From Naegleria gruberi (Eukaryota): a stretch of DNA of 64,000 bases. The stretch lies in assembly GCA_000004985.1 (NCBI GenBank), contig GG738849.1; one strand, 5' to 3'. Positions within the stretch are counted from its first letter, which is position 1, and every line of letters starts with the position of its first letter. The notes under the pieces were generated by a model. That model had not been told where the DNA came from. It did no database searches and saw only the letters and a list, made by a program, of their open reading frames with translations. A program made the translations under genes and the position numbers. Shown piece after piece: positions 45,239 through 55,075 of the stretch.

Positions 45239-46567
45239 ATGTTACAAGGAGAAAATGGAGCTGGGCAGCAATCATTACACGAAAAGGAAAAACAACGATC
45301 CAGATTAACTACACTGCTCCGACATTTATCACCAAATGTTTTCAAGGTGAAGGAATCAATTAATAATTTACAACAATCATCAAACTCTTCTCTGAACACT
45401 TCCGAATCATCCGAACGTGATAATCCTCAAGAAAATATTCAAAATGAAGAAGATATCATGTTACCAGTGAAGGCTCTCTTCCACAGCATGAAAAATCCAT
45501 CCAATAGAAATTCTCAACAAAATTTTGAAGAGTCTTTTCGTTCTTCTATGAATTCAATGCCCAATAGTGGATTATCAAAAGAGGAAATTAATAAGAAACA
45601 GAACAAGTGGAATATTGGATTTCCTGCAACTGATGTCAAAGCAACCCTATTCTCTCGGGAAATGGAAAGAGTTTACACAAGTACAAAACCACTCAATCCG
45701 AGAAGTGCATTAGTTGAACAGCCAAAGGGTGAACCACCAGATATTGATAAGGTTTTTGGAAGTAAGAAGGGTCAGGGTGGTCACGTTTGCATTGTTGGAC
45801 CAACTGGTTCAGGAAAGTCAACCATTGTGAGAGGTATTCTATGTGAAATGTCTGCTGAAAAGGCATTGGCAATTTATTCATTGGAATATCCTGTTGAAGT
45901 GAATTTACAAACCCACGGCTTGTTTAATGTTTGTCAAATTGATATGTTTCAAGAAATTCAAGGAAAACAAAGATCCCTTGCAGAAACAGCCAATAATTTA
46001 CTCAAACATGATCCAGATATTATCTATTTTGGTGAATTGAGACATAAGGTGGATTTTGAAACAGCAACCTCAATAGCTCTCAGTGGTGTTCAAGTTATCA
46101 GTACAGGACATGCTTCTTCACCAATCGATTTGTTGGAAAGACTAAAGTCAATGAATATTGATTTGAAAACTCAATTCAGAGCTTTCAAATGCATTATGGG
46201 AGTTAAGCGTGTCCCTATTTTATGTCCACATTGTAAGAGAAATATGGTAATTTATGGTAGAACTGATAATAGAGCACTCAAATTGCTGACCATGTATAGA
46301 GTTGTCACCACAGAAAAAGTGAATAGAAGAAAGGAAGTACCCGTAGTTTGCATGCCACCTGAACCATCGAATAGTAAGGGTCAGACATGTCCTCACTGTG
46401 TAAATGGCTACATCAGTAATCATACCATTTATGAGTTTTTATACATTACACCTGAATCTGATATGGAAACACTTCGTAAGAAGCATACTTACACAACAGA
46501 AGAAACCCTTCTGTCCCTCATTATGCAAGGTCAAGTCAATCCAATGTATTTACAGAACAGTGTTTAA
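45239..46567 (+). CDS. gspE: Bacterial-type GspE/PilB/PilT-family (type II secretion / type IV pilus) ATPase homolog, eukaryote-encoded. Candidate mitochondrial T2SS (miT2SS) GspE, C-terminal-domain type.
   Basis: Walker A GPTGSGKST. Asp-box-like LEYPVE (the bacterial consensus is EDPIE). Walker B DIIYFGELRH (cf. GEIRD). His-box region ISTGHASSP. C-terminal tetracysteine CPHC-x50-CPHC, as in GspE. The ~180-aa N-terminus is unrelated low-complexity sequence and an N1E/N2E domain is not evident. ATG at 45239 in AAAAAAATG context; same codon usage and AT-rich flanks as neighbouring genes. Confidence 0.7.
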   Translation: MLQGENGAGQQSLHEKEKQRSRLTTLLRHLSPNVFKVKESINNLQQSSNSSLNTSESSERDNPQENIQNEEDIMLPVKALFHSMKNPSNRNSQQNFEESFRSSMNSMPNSGLSKEEINKKQNKWNIGFPATDVKATLFSREMERVYTSTKPLNPRSALVEQPKGEPPDIDKVFGSKKGQGGHVCIVGPTGSGKSTIVRGILCEMSAEKALAIYSLEYPVEVNLQTHGLFNVCQIDMFQEIQGKQRSLAETANNLLKHDPDIIYFGELRHKVDFETATSIALSGVQVISTGHASSPIDLLERLKSMNIDLKTQFRAFKCIMGVKRVPILCPHCKRNMVIYGRTDNRALKLLTMYRVVTTEKVNRRKEVPVVCMPPEPSNSKGQTCPHCVNGYISNHTIYEFLYITPESDMETLRKKHTYTTEETLLSLIMQGQVNPMYLQNSV

Positions 46568-46787
46568 GAATCGTTTCAATTGAGTTTTAATTTTTGGATT
46601 GTAGTTTCGCCACCTAATTGATGATGTCATGTAAGGAATGCAGCAATCATCTATGAACGAGGAAGAGGAGGGCTAACAAAATACTTGACAAAACCAAATG
46701 TAAAGAAGTCTTACGTAGATTCTTTTTCTTCGTCGACTGTTACATGAGTCACGATGACATAAAAACATCAATCATCCAATTAAAAAA

Positions 46788-48297
46788 ATGACCACCATCA
46801 CACACTTCTTTGTTCTCTCATCAAGAGGTGATAAAATTATAGCACGTAACTGTATGTACACTCACCACTAATATATCACCAACAATTATACTAAACACCA
46901 AAAATCACAGATCGTTATGATATTTTCGATGAAGTAGAGGATTTATTCTTCCGTAATGTTCGTAACGAAAGTATGGAAAACTATGGAAAGCCAATTTTCA
47001 ATCAACTAGGAATTAATTTCTTCCATGTTCGTAAATCAGGATTATATATTGTGTGTACAAGTAGAGAAAATTGTTCACCAATAACAATTTTTGAATTATT
47101 GGAACGTGCTTGTATTTTAATTAGAGATTTTACTGGTCAATTGAGTGAAGATTCGATTAGAAAGAATTTTGTAATGGTTTATGAATTATTGGATGAATTA
47201 TTCGATTGGGGAAAGGTTCAAACAACTCAAACCAACATTTTAACATATTGTATTCACAACGAACCGATTGAAACTGTTGATGTTCCGACTACAGCTGGTT
47301 TATTGAATTTAAGTTTTATTGATCCAAAAACTGTCAAATCAACAGCAAGTATGTATTTAATTGTGTTTTTTAATTTAACATTCTAACGTTAATTAATTGC
47401 AATTAATAATAATTGATGATTATTTTAAAATTATTATTGGAAACTTGATTTTTAAACACAGCTTGTTTGCCAATTCAAAAGAAGAATGATCAAATTTTCG
47501 TTGATGTTTTGGAACGTATAAATTGTGAAATGAATGCAGAGGGATCAGTTTTGCGTTCGGAAATTATTGGATCGATTGTTGTGAAGAGTTACTTGATGGG
47601 ATCTCCACTGATTCGTATTGCATTGAATCAAGATTTAGCTATTGGAACAGATACAAACACACCATACTCTGCCATTAGAGTTGATGCTTTGAATTTTAAT
47701 GAAATTATCAATAGAGAGGAATTTGAAATGGGTCGTCAATTGTCATTCTATCCACAAGATGGTGAAACTACTCTTCTTTCATATAGAGTTACCAACAATC
47801 ATCACGTCATTATGCCATTTAGAGTTTCACCTTACATTTCCAAATTCAATGAATATAAGATTGAGGCATCATTCAAAGTGAGATCTGACTTCCCTGCTTC
47901 TACATCTGCCACAGGAGTTTTTGTTCGTATTCCAGTACCAAAGAATGCCACATCATGTGGTGTAGTTATTGGAAATGATAAGGAAACTCAGCAATCGTAC
48001 GAATATAAGGAAAAGGATAAGGTTGTCATTTGGGGTATTAAGAAATTCCCAGGAGCTTCTGAACAATTTATCAAATTGAGAATTACTCTTCCTGAACCAA
48101 ATCGTATTGATGAGAGGAAGCTTATTGGGCCAGTCTCTATGAAATTTGAAATTCCAATGCACAATATGAGTGGTCTCCAATTGAGATATTTGAAAATTGG
48201 AAATGACAGTCTCAATAACGATAACAAGAACAAACAAAAACGTTGGGTTAGATATGTTACTCAAGCAGGTTCATACTGTGGAAGAGTTTCCATGTAA
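46788..48297 (+). CDS. Adaptor-protein complex mu subunit (AP mu-adaptin; AP-3/AP-4-like short-linker type). Exons 46788-46851, 46911-47348, 47462-48297.
   Basis: ATG at 46788 (AAAAAAATGACC). GTATGT donor at 46852, CACAG acceptor at 46910 (59 nt). GTATGT donor at 47349, ACACAG acceptor at 47461 (113 nt). Spliced 445-aa product has a longin-like N-terminus (MTTITHFFVLSSRGDKIIARNYRYDIF...SIRKNFVMVYELLDELFDWG) and a mu-homology domain ending WVRYVTQAGSYCGRVSM (cf. AP2M1 WVRYIGRSGIYETRC). Confidence 0.75.
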
Positions 48298-48345
48298 ATT
48301 TCTCATCCTTCTCCTGAACTCTTTCTTTCATTCCAACAAGTAAAG

Positions 48346-49086
48346 ATGATTGAAAATTTGAAAAATAAAAAAAATAAATTTTTACGATTAAAAAAATATT
48401 CAACAACAAACATGCCTGCTCTTCCAAAGAAATTGTTGCAACAAAATCTTGTTGAAAAGTGGAAATTAGTGAAAGGAGATTTAGTTCAAATCACTACCGG
48501 AAAGGATGCCGGAAAGAGAGGTGTTATTAAAAAGGTTTTACGTGATAAGAATAGAGTTGTAGTTGATGGTTGTAATTTGGTTAAAAAGAATATTAAAAGA
48601 ACTGAAGAAAGAGCCGGTTATTCAATTATGAAGGAATCTCCACTTCATTGTAGTAATGTTGCATTGGTTTGTCCAGAAACTGATAAAGCCACTAAAGTTG
48701 CTTGGCGTTATATGGAAGATGGTACCAAAGTAAGAATGGCCAAGGAAAGTGGTTCTGTTATTCCAAAGCCTGAACCAAAGAAACGTGTCAAGAGACCAAG
48801 CAATCCATACAAAGATACAGACTCTGATGAAGTTATTAGAAAAACTTGGACTGATGAGGAACAACAACAATTGGTGAATTATTATCTTATCAAATTTGAA
48901 AAACAACATTTGAACCATCTCAAACAAGTTTCTCAAAATACTGAAAAGGCCGAAATGAAGAAGGAATTGGACGAAAAATTATTCCAAATGAGAGCATTGA
49001 AGAGAGCCAAGGAAATTATTGGCGAAGAACAACTTGCATCATCCATGTCGGAATTGAATTTGGAAGAAAAACCAACGAATTTATAA
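48346..49086 (+). CDS. Mitochondrial ribosomal protein uL24m (KOW domain) with C-terminal extension
   Basis: KWKLVKGDLVQITTGKDAGKRGVIKKVLRDKNRVVVDGCNLVKKNIKR...SPLHCSNVALVCPETDKATKVAWRYMEDGTKVRMAKESG is collinear with bacterial L24. Basic presequence-like N-terminus. Confidence 0.75.
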   Translation: MIENLKNKKNKFLRLKKYSTTNMPALPKKLLQQNLVEKWKLVKGDLVQITTGKDAGKRGVIKKVLRDKNRVVVDGCNLVKKNIKRTEERAGYSIMKESPLHCSNVALVCPETDKATKVAWRYMEDGTKVRMAKESGSVIPKPEPKKRVKRPSNPYKDTDSDEVIRKTWTDEEQQQLVNYYLIKFEKQHLNHLKQVSQNTEKAEMKKELDEKLFQMRALKRAKEIIGEEQLASSMSELNLEEKPTNL

Positions 49087-49237
49087 ATTAGGAATTATTT
49101 CTAGGATGAAACTGTAGGAATGATCATTTGTGTGAAATCAATTTCTAATGGTAAACATTCTTTTTTGGCGTAAATTAAATTCACTCAACATTAACCATTA
49201 AAATATAATAAAAAATAAAAACAATACATTTTCGGAT

Positions 49238-50887
49238 TTATCTTGAGAAACTGTTACCAAATAAGTCAGCCATGTTACCAGGTCCTGAACTATTTACATC
49301 CCTTATCAATTCCATTTGCTTTTCCAATTGTTCTTTCATTTGAGGATATTTCTTAATGGTTCTTTCTAACAATGAAAGAGCATCCTTAGTTCTAGATTGA
49401 TGGTGCAAGAATGAACTGTAGGCAATATAGTGTTGGAATTCTGTTGGTTCCAAAGAGATGACTCGCTTAAATAAAAGATCTGAAACTTGTGGACTCTTTT
49501 CTTGCATGTACAGAGCCATACAGGCAATAATTTGAGTATCTTTACCCTTTGTCATGTCGAAGGCTCTTTCTAAGAGACTGATACTTTCATCAACTTGACC
49601 CATTCCATTTGATAAAATTGCACAATTCATATAAAACTTGGCCTTCTCATTTACATCCATATCCTTAATGATTTTTTTGATTGCATCCTCTGAGAGTGCC
49701 ATGGAGGCTGAGAGTGTAGATGAGTCAACAATGTAGGCTTCTTTGGATGGGGAATCCTTTTCAATTACTTTAATCACTTGATCAAAGAGTGATTTGGCAT
49801 CACGCTCTCTCTTGAATTGTTTTAAAAGATAACAAATTGTGTTAATCACATCAGAACCAGTAACTGTTTCATTATCTTGAGCATGATATCTGTAAGAAAT
49901 ATCAGCAATTTCCAAACTTAATCCATTGCCATCATTCTCGTATGGAATGTTAATTGTAGCTCCAAATGCTGGATCCTGAAGCAGTAATTCTTGCTTGTCA
50001 CTATTTCTGAATCCTTTCATGTAGGCATCCAAATTAGAAATCAATTCTTGACTGTATTCTTGTGGAACTTTAACATCCATTTCCTTAAAATCCACAATAT
50101 AATTTGGTTCCTCCACAAGTTTTAGTAACAATTCATCCAAAATTTGGAAAGTCTTTTCTCTATATTCCTCCGAGTGGTCACCCTTTCTTGAATAAAGCAT
50201 TGCCAATTCAATCATTGCTCCCAAATGATTGTGTGTTTTATACAAGTCAGTGAATAAATATTCAGCAGCTTGAAATCTAGAACTTTCTTCAGTTTCATGA
50301 CTGGAAAATATACGAGCAAGGTGAACCTTTGCATCAACAAAATATGGGTCAATTCTAATGGCTCTCATATATAATTCAGCTGCCGAGTCTGGTCTCTTTC
50401 CTTCTCTCTCAAAAAGTGAAGCAGCATTAAACAAAATGATTGGATCATTATTATAATTGAATTGAATACTTTGTAAAAAGTAAAAGAGAGCCTCCTTTGG
50501 TTTGTTTAATTGTTGAAGACAATAATATCCCAAGTTATTGTAGCATGATGCAAGATCCTTTTGTTCACCTTCATTCAATTCTGTAAGAAAGGAAGCATTT
50601 GGCTTTTCATCCTTTGCTTGTTGAACACGTGAAGAATATTCTTGAACACGTTGATGAATGGAACGAATAGTTTCCGGATCAATTTCTGAAGGTCTCGATG
50701 TATCCAAATTTAAATAATTTTGACAAAAGTTTCTTCTTGTACTAGTAGTATAATTTGATGAAACTAGTTTAAAAATATTATTGTAATGACGATGATGGTG
50801 ATTAAATTTCCGAGAGGATGAAAACCCTCCATTTTTAAAGAGTTTGAGAAGGGTTGTGCTCGAGGAACGTAAAAACATTTTTTTCAA
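49238..50887 (-). CDS. TPR-repeat protein (549 aa) with basic, presequence-like N-terminus
   Basis: Multiple 34-residue TPR-like helical repeats (AxxYxxxG / LxxA patterns). N-terminal MFLRSSSTTLLKLFKNGGFSSSRKFNHHHRHY. ATG at 50887. Confidence 0.45.
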   Translation of the reverse strand: MKKMFLRSSSTTLLKLFKNGGFSSSRKFNHHHRHYNNIFKLVSSNYTTSTRRNFCQNYLNLDTSRPSEIDPETIRSIHQRVQEYSSRVQQAKDEKPNASFLTELNEGEQKDLASCYNNLGYYCLQQLNKPKEALFYFLQSIQFNYNNDPIILFNAASLFEREGKRPDSAAELYMRAIRIDPYFVDAKVHLARIFSSHETEESSRFQAAEYLFTDLYKTHNHLGAMIELAMLYSRKGDHSEEYREKTFQILDELLLKLVEEPNYIVDFKEMDVKVPQEYSQELISNLDAYMKGFRNSDKQELLLQDPAFGATINIPYENDGNGLSLEIADISYRYHAQDNETVTGSDVINTICYLLKQFKRERDAKSLFDQVIKVIEKDSPSKEAYIVDSSTLSASMALSEDAIKKIIKDMDVNEKAKFYMNCAILSNGMGQVDESISLLERAFDMTKGKDTQIIACMALYMQEKSPQVSDLLFKRVISLEPTEFQHYIAYSSFLHHQSRTKDALSLLERTIKKYPQMKEQLEKQMELIRDVNSSGPGNMADLFGNSFSR

Positions 50888-51192
50888 ATTTTTATTGAAT
50901 TCAATTTTAATATCAAAATAATTAAAAAACTGATTTTTTTGTTTTTATTAAAATTCTAGAAATATTTACATATTATTCAATTTAAAGTTATTTGGATTTT
51001 ACAATGTTCAGCGTTATTTCTGTAATGAAGGACGAAGATAATTAGAATTGCTCAATCTCTTTCTAAATAACATTTTCGATCAAGAATGGACATTTTTCGA
51101 AATCCTCCCCGAGTCTTGAAACAATTTTATCAATTCACAAAATGCAGTCTAAATAAGGTCAAATACTCGCATGACCTTTTTCAAAAGTTAAA

Positions 51193-51474
51193 ATGGAAAA
51201 AATGCAACAACTCCAAATGCCAAAGGATCCACTTGTTCAACACGAAAAGCTAGAAGATTGTGTACTGCCCAATCTCTCCATACTGACACCCATCAATAGA
51301 GTTATAATATGTAAAGCTCTTCTAGAAGATAATGAGGCTGTTTTACAAATTTTAGAAAAGAAGAATGATTTATTTCAGAATATAAATCGATCAACAGTTT
51401 CAAAACTGAAAGAACGATTTGATTGTAATTCGATTCTGATACAGAATTTAATTCAGTCAATCATTAAAATGTAA
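51193..51474 (+). CDS. Small 93-aa hypothetical protein
   Basis: ATG at 51193 in AAAATGG context. Compact helical-looking sequence. No match recognised. Confidence 0.25.
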   Translation: MEKMQQLQMPKDPLVQHEKLEDCVLPNLSILTPINRVIICKALLEDNEAVLQILEKKNDLFQNINRSTVSKLKERFDCNSILIQNLIQSIIKM

Positions 51475-51637
51475 AAACAAACTCTAAACGTGTAAATAGT
51501 AATTTTGTAAAATAAAACTCTCGAGGTATTATCTAATCCAATCTATACATAACCTCTGTACTTTTCTTGTCCATTATCCTACTGTTGATCATTTCAACCA
51601 TGATAAATCTCACCTCTCAATATCCAAACACAAAAAA

Positions 51638-52951
51638 ATGAGAGAACAAGAACCATCACGGACGAAAATTGTCAATCGTTCGCTTGTTGGTGATGTTAAT
51701 ATTGTTCCAGCTGGAAGTGTTGGTGATGGATCAACATCACGATCATCATCAAATATTATAGGAAAATTCGGAATTGAAAATCGAGTGTATTGGAAACAAA
51801 ATATTCTATTTATTTTATTGATTTCTTTATTTATTATTTTACTAGTTGGTAATTCGCTAGTAGTGAATGCACAAATGCCACCCAATAGAGTGATTGAAAC
51901 AGATGATGGAGTTTATGAAGTTGGAGGTTCACATCAAAATGACAATTCAGAATTTCCAATGCAACCTGATCCTCTGCCTTCCGAATCAGTGGAAGAGGGA
52001 GCCTTCTCTTCTGCCATTCACTCTTATATTAAAGAGGTAGTTGATTTTGTCAATTATTATGATTCGGATAAGTGGTGGGAAGTTGTAGTGGTCGTCTTTA
52101 CCAATTCTTTTGCACTTCCTCTCATGTACTTGTGCTATAAAATCAATACACCACATGCTGTAGTTATTGCTATAGGAACATGTATCACAAGTACATTCTA
52201 TCATACAGGAGATACGTTACAAGTTTTAATTTTTGGAATGGATCACGGAAGATGGCATAGATTGGATAATATTTTCATTATTCTTAGTTTGCAACAATTA
52301 TTCTTCCATTTGTGTTCTGTCTGTCCACCAAATACTTTGTCATGGGCTGACACTCCAAATAGGAAACAAAATAATTATGAGAAACAAATATTCTATTCAT
52401 GGTGCTCTCCACAGGAAGCAGAATATGACATGGCAACCAATGGAGAAAGTGACAGTGACATTGAACAAGATCCAGAAATGAATTACAAACCATCTGCACA
52501 CAAATCTAAAAGAGTCAAGGATGAAGCAAGAAGAATTCTCTATAGAGAGAGTAAGCTTTATGAATGGATGCAGTGGTTCTCCCTCTTTTTTGCTTTAATT
52601 TGTCAAGAAAAGGCACCATGGGTTGAGTTTTACACCTTTCTTCCAATTATTTTACCTGCATCCATTGTTCTCATTAGAAGAGTTTTCTTTATGGATGCCT
52701 TCCTTAAGCCACGTTATCACACGAAATGGATTGTGACAGGTTTATTATTCTTAATGGCTGGTCTCTTTTGTTTCGTCAGAGGATTGGACGATAAGGCAGA
52801 CTATTTGAGAATGTTCCATGGATCTTGGCACTTGTTTGGTAGTTTAGGTTTCTATGCACTCTTCAAATCCAAGAAACCATTGGATTTAGTAGAATTCAGA
52901 AAGGGAGTACTCGACCACTTGAACAAACAAAATAAGAAGAAGGTGAAATAA
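51638..52951 (+). CDS. Seven-TM membrane protein of the CREST superfamily (alkaline ceramidase / PAQR / Per1-like hydrolase fold)
   Basis: About 7 predicted TMs. His-containing motifs STFYHTGD and C-terminal FHGSWHLFGSLGFY resemble the alkaline-ceramidase C-terminal HxxWHxxxxxxxY motif. Hydrophilic N-terminal ~50 aa. Confidence 0.4.
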   Translation: MREQEPSRTKIVNRSLVGDVNIVPAGSVGDGSTSRSSSNIIGKFGIENRVYWKQNILFILLISLFIILLVGNSLVVNAQMPPNRVIETDDGVYEVGGSHQNDNSEFPMQPDPLPSESVEEGAFSSAIHSYIKEVVDFVNYYDSDKWWEVVVVVFTNSFALPLMYLCYKINTPHAVVIAIGTCITSTFYHTGDTLQVLIFGMDHGRWHRLDNIFIILSLQQLFFHLCSVCPPNTLSWADTPNRKQNNYEKQIFYSWCSPQEAEYDMATNGESDSDIEQDPEMNYKPSAHKSKRVKDEARRILYRESKLYEWMQWFSLFFALICQEKAPWVEFYTFLPIILPASIVLIRRVFFMDAFLKPRYHTKWIVTGLLFLMAGLFCFVRGLDDKADYLRMFHGSWHLFGSLGFYALFKSKKPLDLVEFRKGVLDHLNKQNKKKVK

Positions 52952-52981
52952 ACTTTGTTTTCTATTCAGTTGAGAGGTTTG

Positions 52982-53003
52982 TTGTTTCCCGCCAATTGGT
53001 TAC
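52982..53003. promoter_or_regulatory. GC-rich E2F-like motif TTGTTTCCCGCCAATTGGTTAC about 100 nt upstream of IFT38; nearly identical to the element at 55076-55098
   Basis: TTTCCCGCC is a perfect E2F consensus and contains a CCAAT. The 22-mer is shared with the Tctex1 upstream region; related GGTTCCCGCTACAA sits at 17157-17170 upstream of IFT20. Confidence 0.35.
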
Positions 53004-53103
53004 AGTCAGTAATTTTCAAAAATACTACAAACAAAAAAAATGTCTTTCAGAGAATTAAGGAGTATGTATTTTATATAGGAGGTGACAATTAATATATATA
53101 CTG

Positions 53104-54501
53104 ATGATGAGTATAGACTTTACCGAGATCATGAGGTCTCTTGGTTATTCGAGAAAGATTTCTGTTGAAAATTTTAGAACACCAAACTATTTGTTAGTCT
53201 CCGAAATTTTGTATTGGCTAGTTCAGAGGTAAGCACTATTTCTTGAAACGTTACTGAATGCAACTCATGTTGACCAATTATAGATACGATCCAAACGTTG
53301 ATATTGTGGAAGGAACAGATACTGTTGAGGAAAGATTAACTTTTTTAAAATCTATTTGTGAAGTTGTAGTATGTTTATTGATTTTGGACTATTTTATTGA
53401 ACATGAAATAATTGTGCTTAGTATTATAAAGCTAGAGTGAAATTAAATATAAAGAGGCTGTATCAAGCAGACGGGTATGCCGTTAAGGAACTGCTCAAAC
53501 TTGCCAAGCTTTTAAATGATGCTACAATTCTTGCTAAATCTGTGGAGGAAAGTGACGATTATGAAACAGCATCTCTCCAACAATTAAATAGCTCCAAGTT
53601 TCAATTAAACGTGAAACAAATCAGAAGCATTGCTACCGAGTTAACTGAACTGGGAGCTGAATTGCACGAACTTTTAGGAAAGGAACTTGAGTTGAAACAA
53701 GAAAGATTGGAAGCAATTTCATTCCCTCACAATATTGAAACAATTAAGGAACATATTGAAAAGAAGAATATTGAAGCCATTGACATGATTTCTGAATTAC
53801 AAAAAAGTATCAATGATCTTAAAAAGGATGAAGACAGTCTCAAAGATAAAAAGAAGAGAAAGGAAACCGAGTTGGAGAGAGCAAAGAAGAGATTGTCTCG
53901 AGTTTCAAACTTCAGACCTGCATTTATGGATGAATATGAACAAAAGGAAACAGATCTCCAAGAATTGTACAGAAAATACGTTGAAAAATATAGAAATATT
54001 GAATATTTGGAGCACGAATTGGAGAAACATAGAAAGGCTGAAGCCGAAATAATTGAGGAAAATAAGCGACGACTCAAATTACTGAGAAAGAAATTGAGAG
54101 CTGATGAAATCAAATATCTCAGCGGTGAAAATCAAGCCACTTATGGTGATGGAGAGGATGATGACGACGACGATGATGATGACGAAGACGATGAGGAAGG
54201 TGATGGAGAGGATGACGATGATGAATCATCAGAAGAAGAACAAGACGAAAGAGAAGTAAAGAGTAGTGCAAGGCCAAGAGCTGCCAGTGGAAGAAGACCA
54301 GAAGGTAGAACAACCACAACAGCTACTGCCAGTAAACCAAATTTAAACGTAGCTCCTTCGAATCAAAAACCACAGATAGCCTCAAGAGAAACACCTGATG
54401 GATATGATTCAGATGAATATGGAGAATCAGAAGAGGAGAGTTCAAATGAAGATAACGAAGAAGAAATGGTTATGGACTCTGAAAATGATGACTCATTCTA
54501 A
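53104..54501 (+). CDS. CLUAP1: Intraflagellar transport protein IFT38 / CLUAP1 (qilin, DYF-3). Exons 53104-53228, 53284-53368, 53422-54501.
   Basis: ATG at 53104. GTAAGC donor at 53229, TTATAG acceptor at 53283. GTATGT donor at 53369, CTTAG acceptor at 53421 (53 nt). Product [50 protein letters not shown]...[20 protein letters not shown]...[39 protein letters not shown] is collinear with human CLUAP1. Acidic (D/E)n tail. Confidence 0.75.
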
Positions 54502-54503
54502 AT

Positions 54504-54924
54504 TTATTCATAAAATAAACCAAATACCATTGCAACACAAGTTAAAGAGCTCTGTAAAGTTGTGTGTAAATAACAATATTTAAAAAAACATACATTTCTA
54601 AAAAATCCAGAAGCATAATTATCTGTCGAAGGATCCCATAAAAACCTAGAGGCAACTCTAATACCTTGGCCAGTTGAGCTAGTAATGACCACTTGAACAA
54701 TAAATTTATATCTTGGGTATCCACTCTTTTTCAAAAGATCCAAAATTTTAGTACTCAATTCCTTAGATCTAGTCACACTGTGATTAGCATCATATTCCTC
54801 ATTTTCCAATTCGGTTTTTAAGAAATCTGAAATCTTTTCCTCAACATCCAATTTTACAAACCTAAATAATTTAATTATTCATCTTATCGGAATCAACTTA
54901 CTTTTGACCTTCTTTTGGTTTCAT
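54504..54924 (-). CDS. DYNLT: Tctex1-family dynein light chain (DYNLT). Exons 54924-54902, 54861-54594, 54551-54504.
   Basis: ATG at 54924 (MKPKEGQK). GTAAGT donor (plus acttac 54896-54901) with a 40-nt intron. A second 42-nt intron (GTATGT...TTTACAG; plus 54552-54593) is in-frame and stop-free, so the track reads through it. Spliced 113-aa product has RYKFIVQVVITSSTGQGIRVASRFLWDPSTDNYASGFFRN-SSLTCVAMVFGLFYE, matching the Tctex1 C-terminal domain. Confidence 0.7.
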
Positions 54925-55075
54925 GTGGAACGACTGGACGGGATGAGCATTAAGAATAAAACACTTACGTTTGGAAAGATTTCCTCTTGTATACCATTTT
55001 CTGTATGGGTTTGGATATGAATGCTGTCCATCTTGATTTATTTACAGGGTGCTATGTATTCTCAATTTTTTTAAT

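Noticed and set aside
45239-46567. Bacterial contamination or chimeric contig as the explanation for the GspE-like gene
   Set aside because: Codon usage, AT content, the A-rich ATG context and flanking eukaryotic genes only 200 nt away on both sides are continuous with the rest of the window. There is no Shine-Dalgarno sequence or operon context.
52982-53003. RFX X-box interpretation of the flagellar-gene motif
   Set aside because: The half-sites do not fit GTNRCC-N(1-3)-RGYAAC (the second half is GGTTAC/TGTTAC with an 8-9-nt spacer). RFX factors are not expected outside opisthokonts and amoebozoa. An E2F-like reading fits better.
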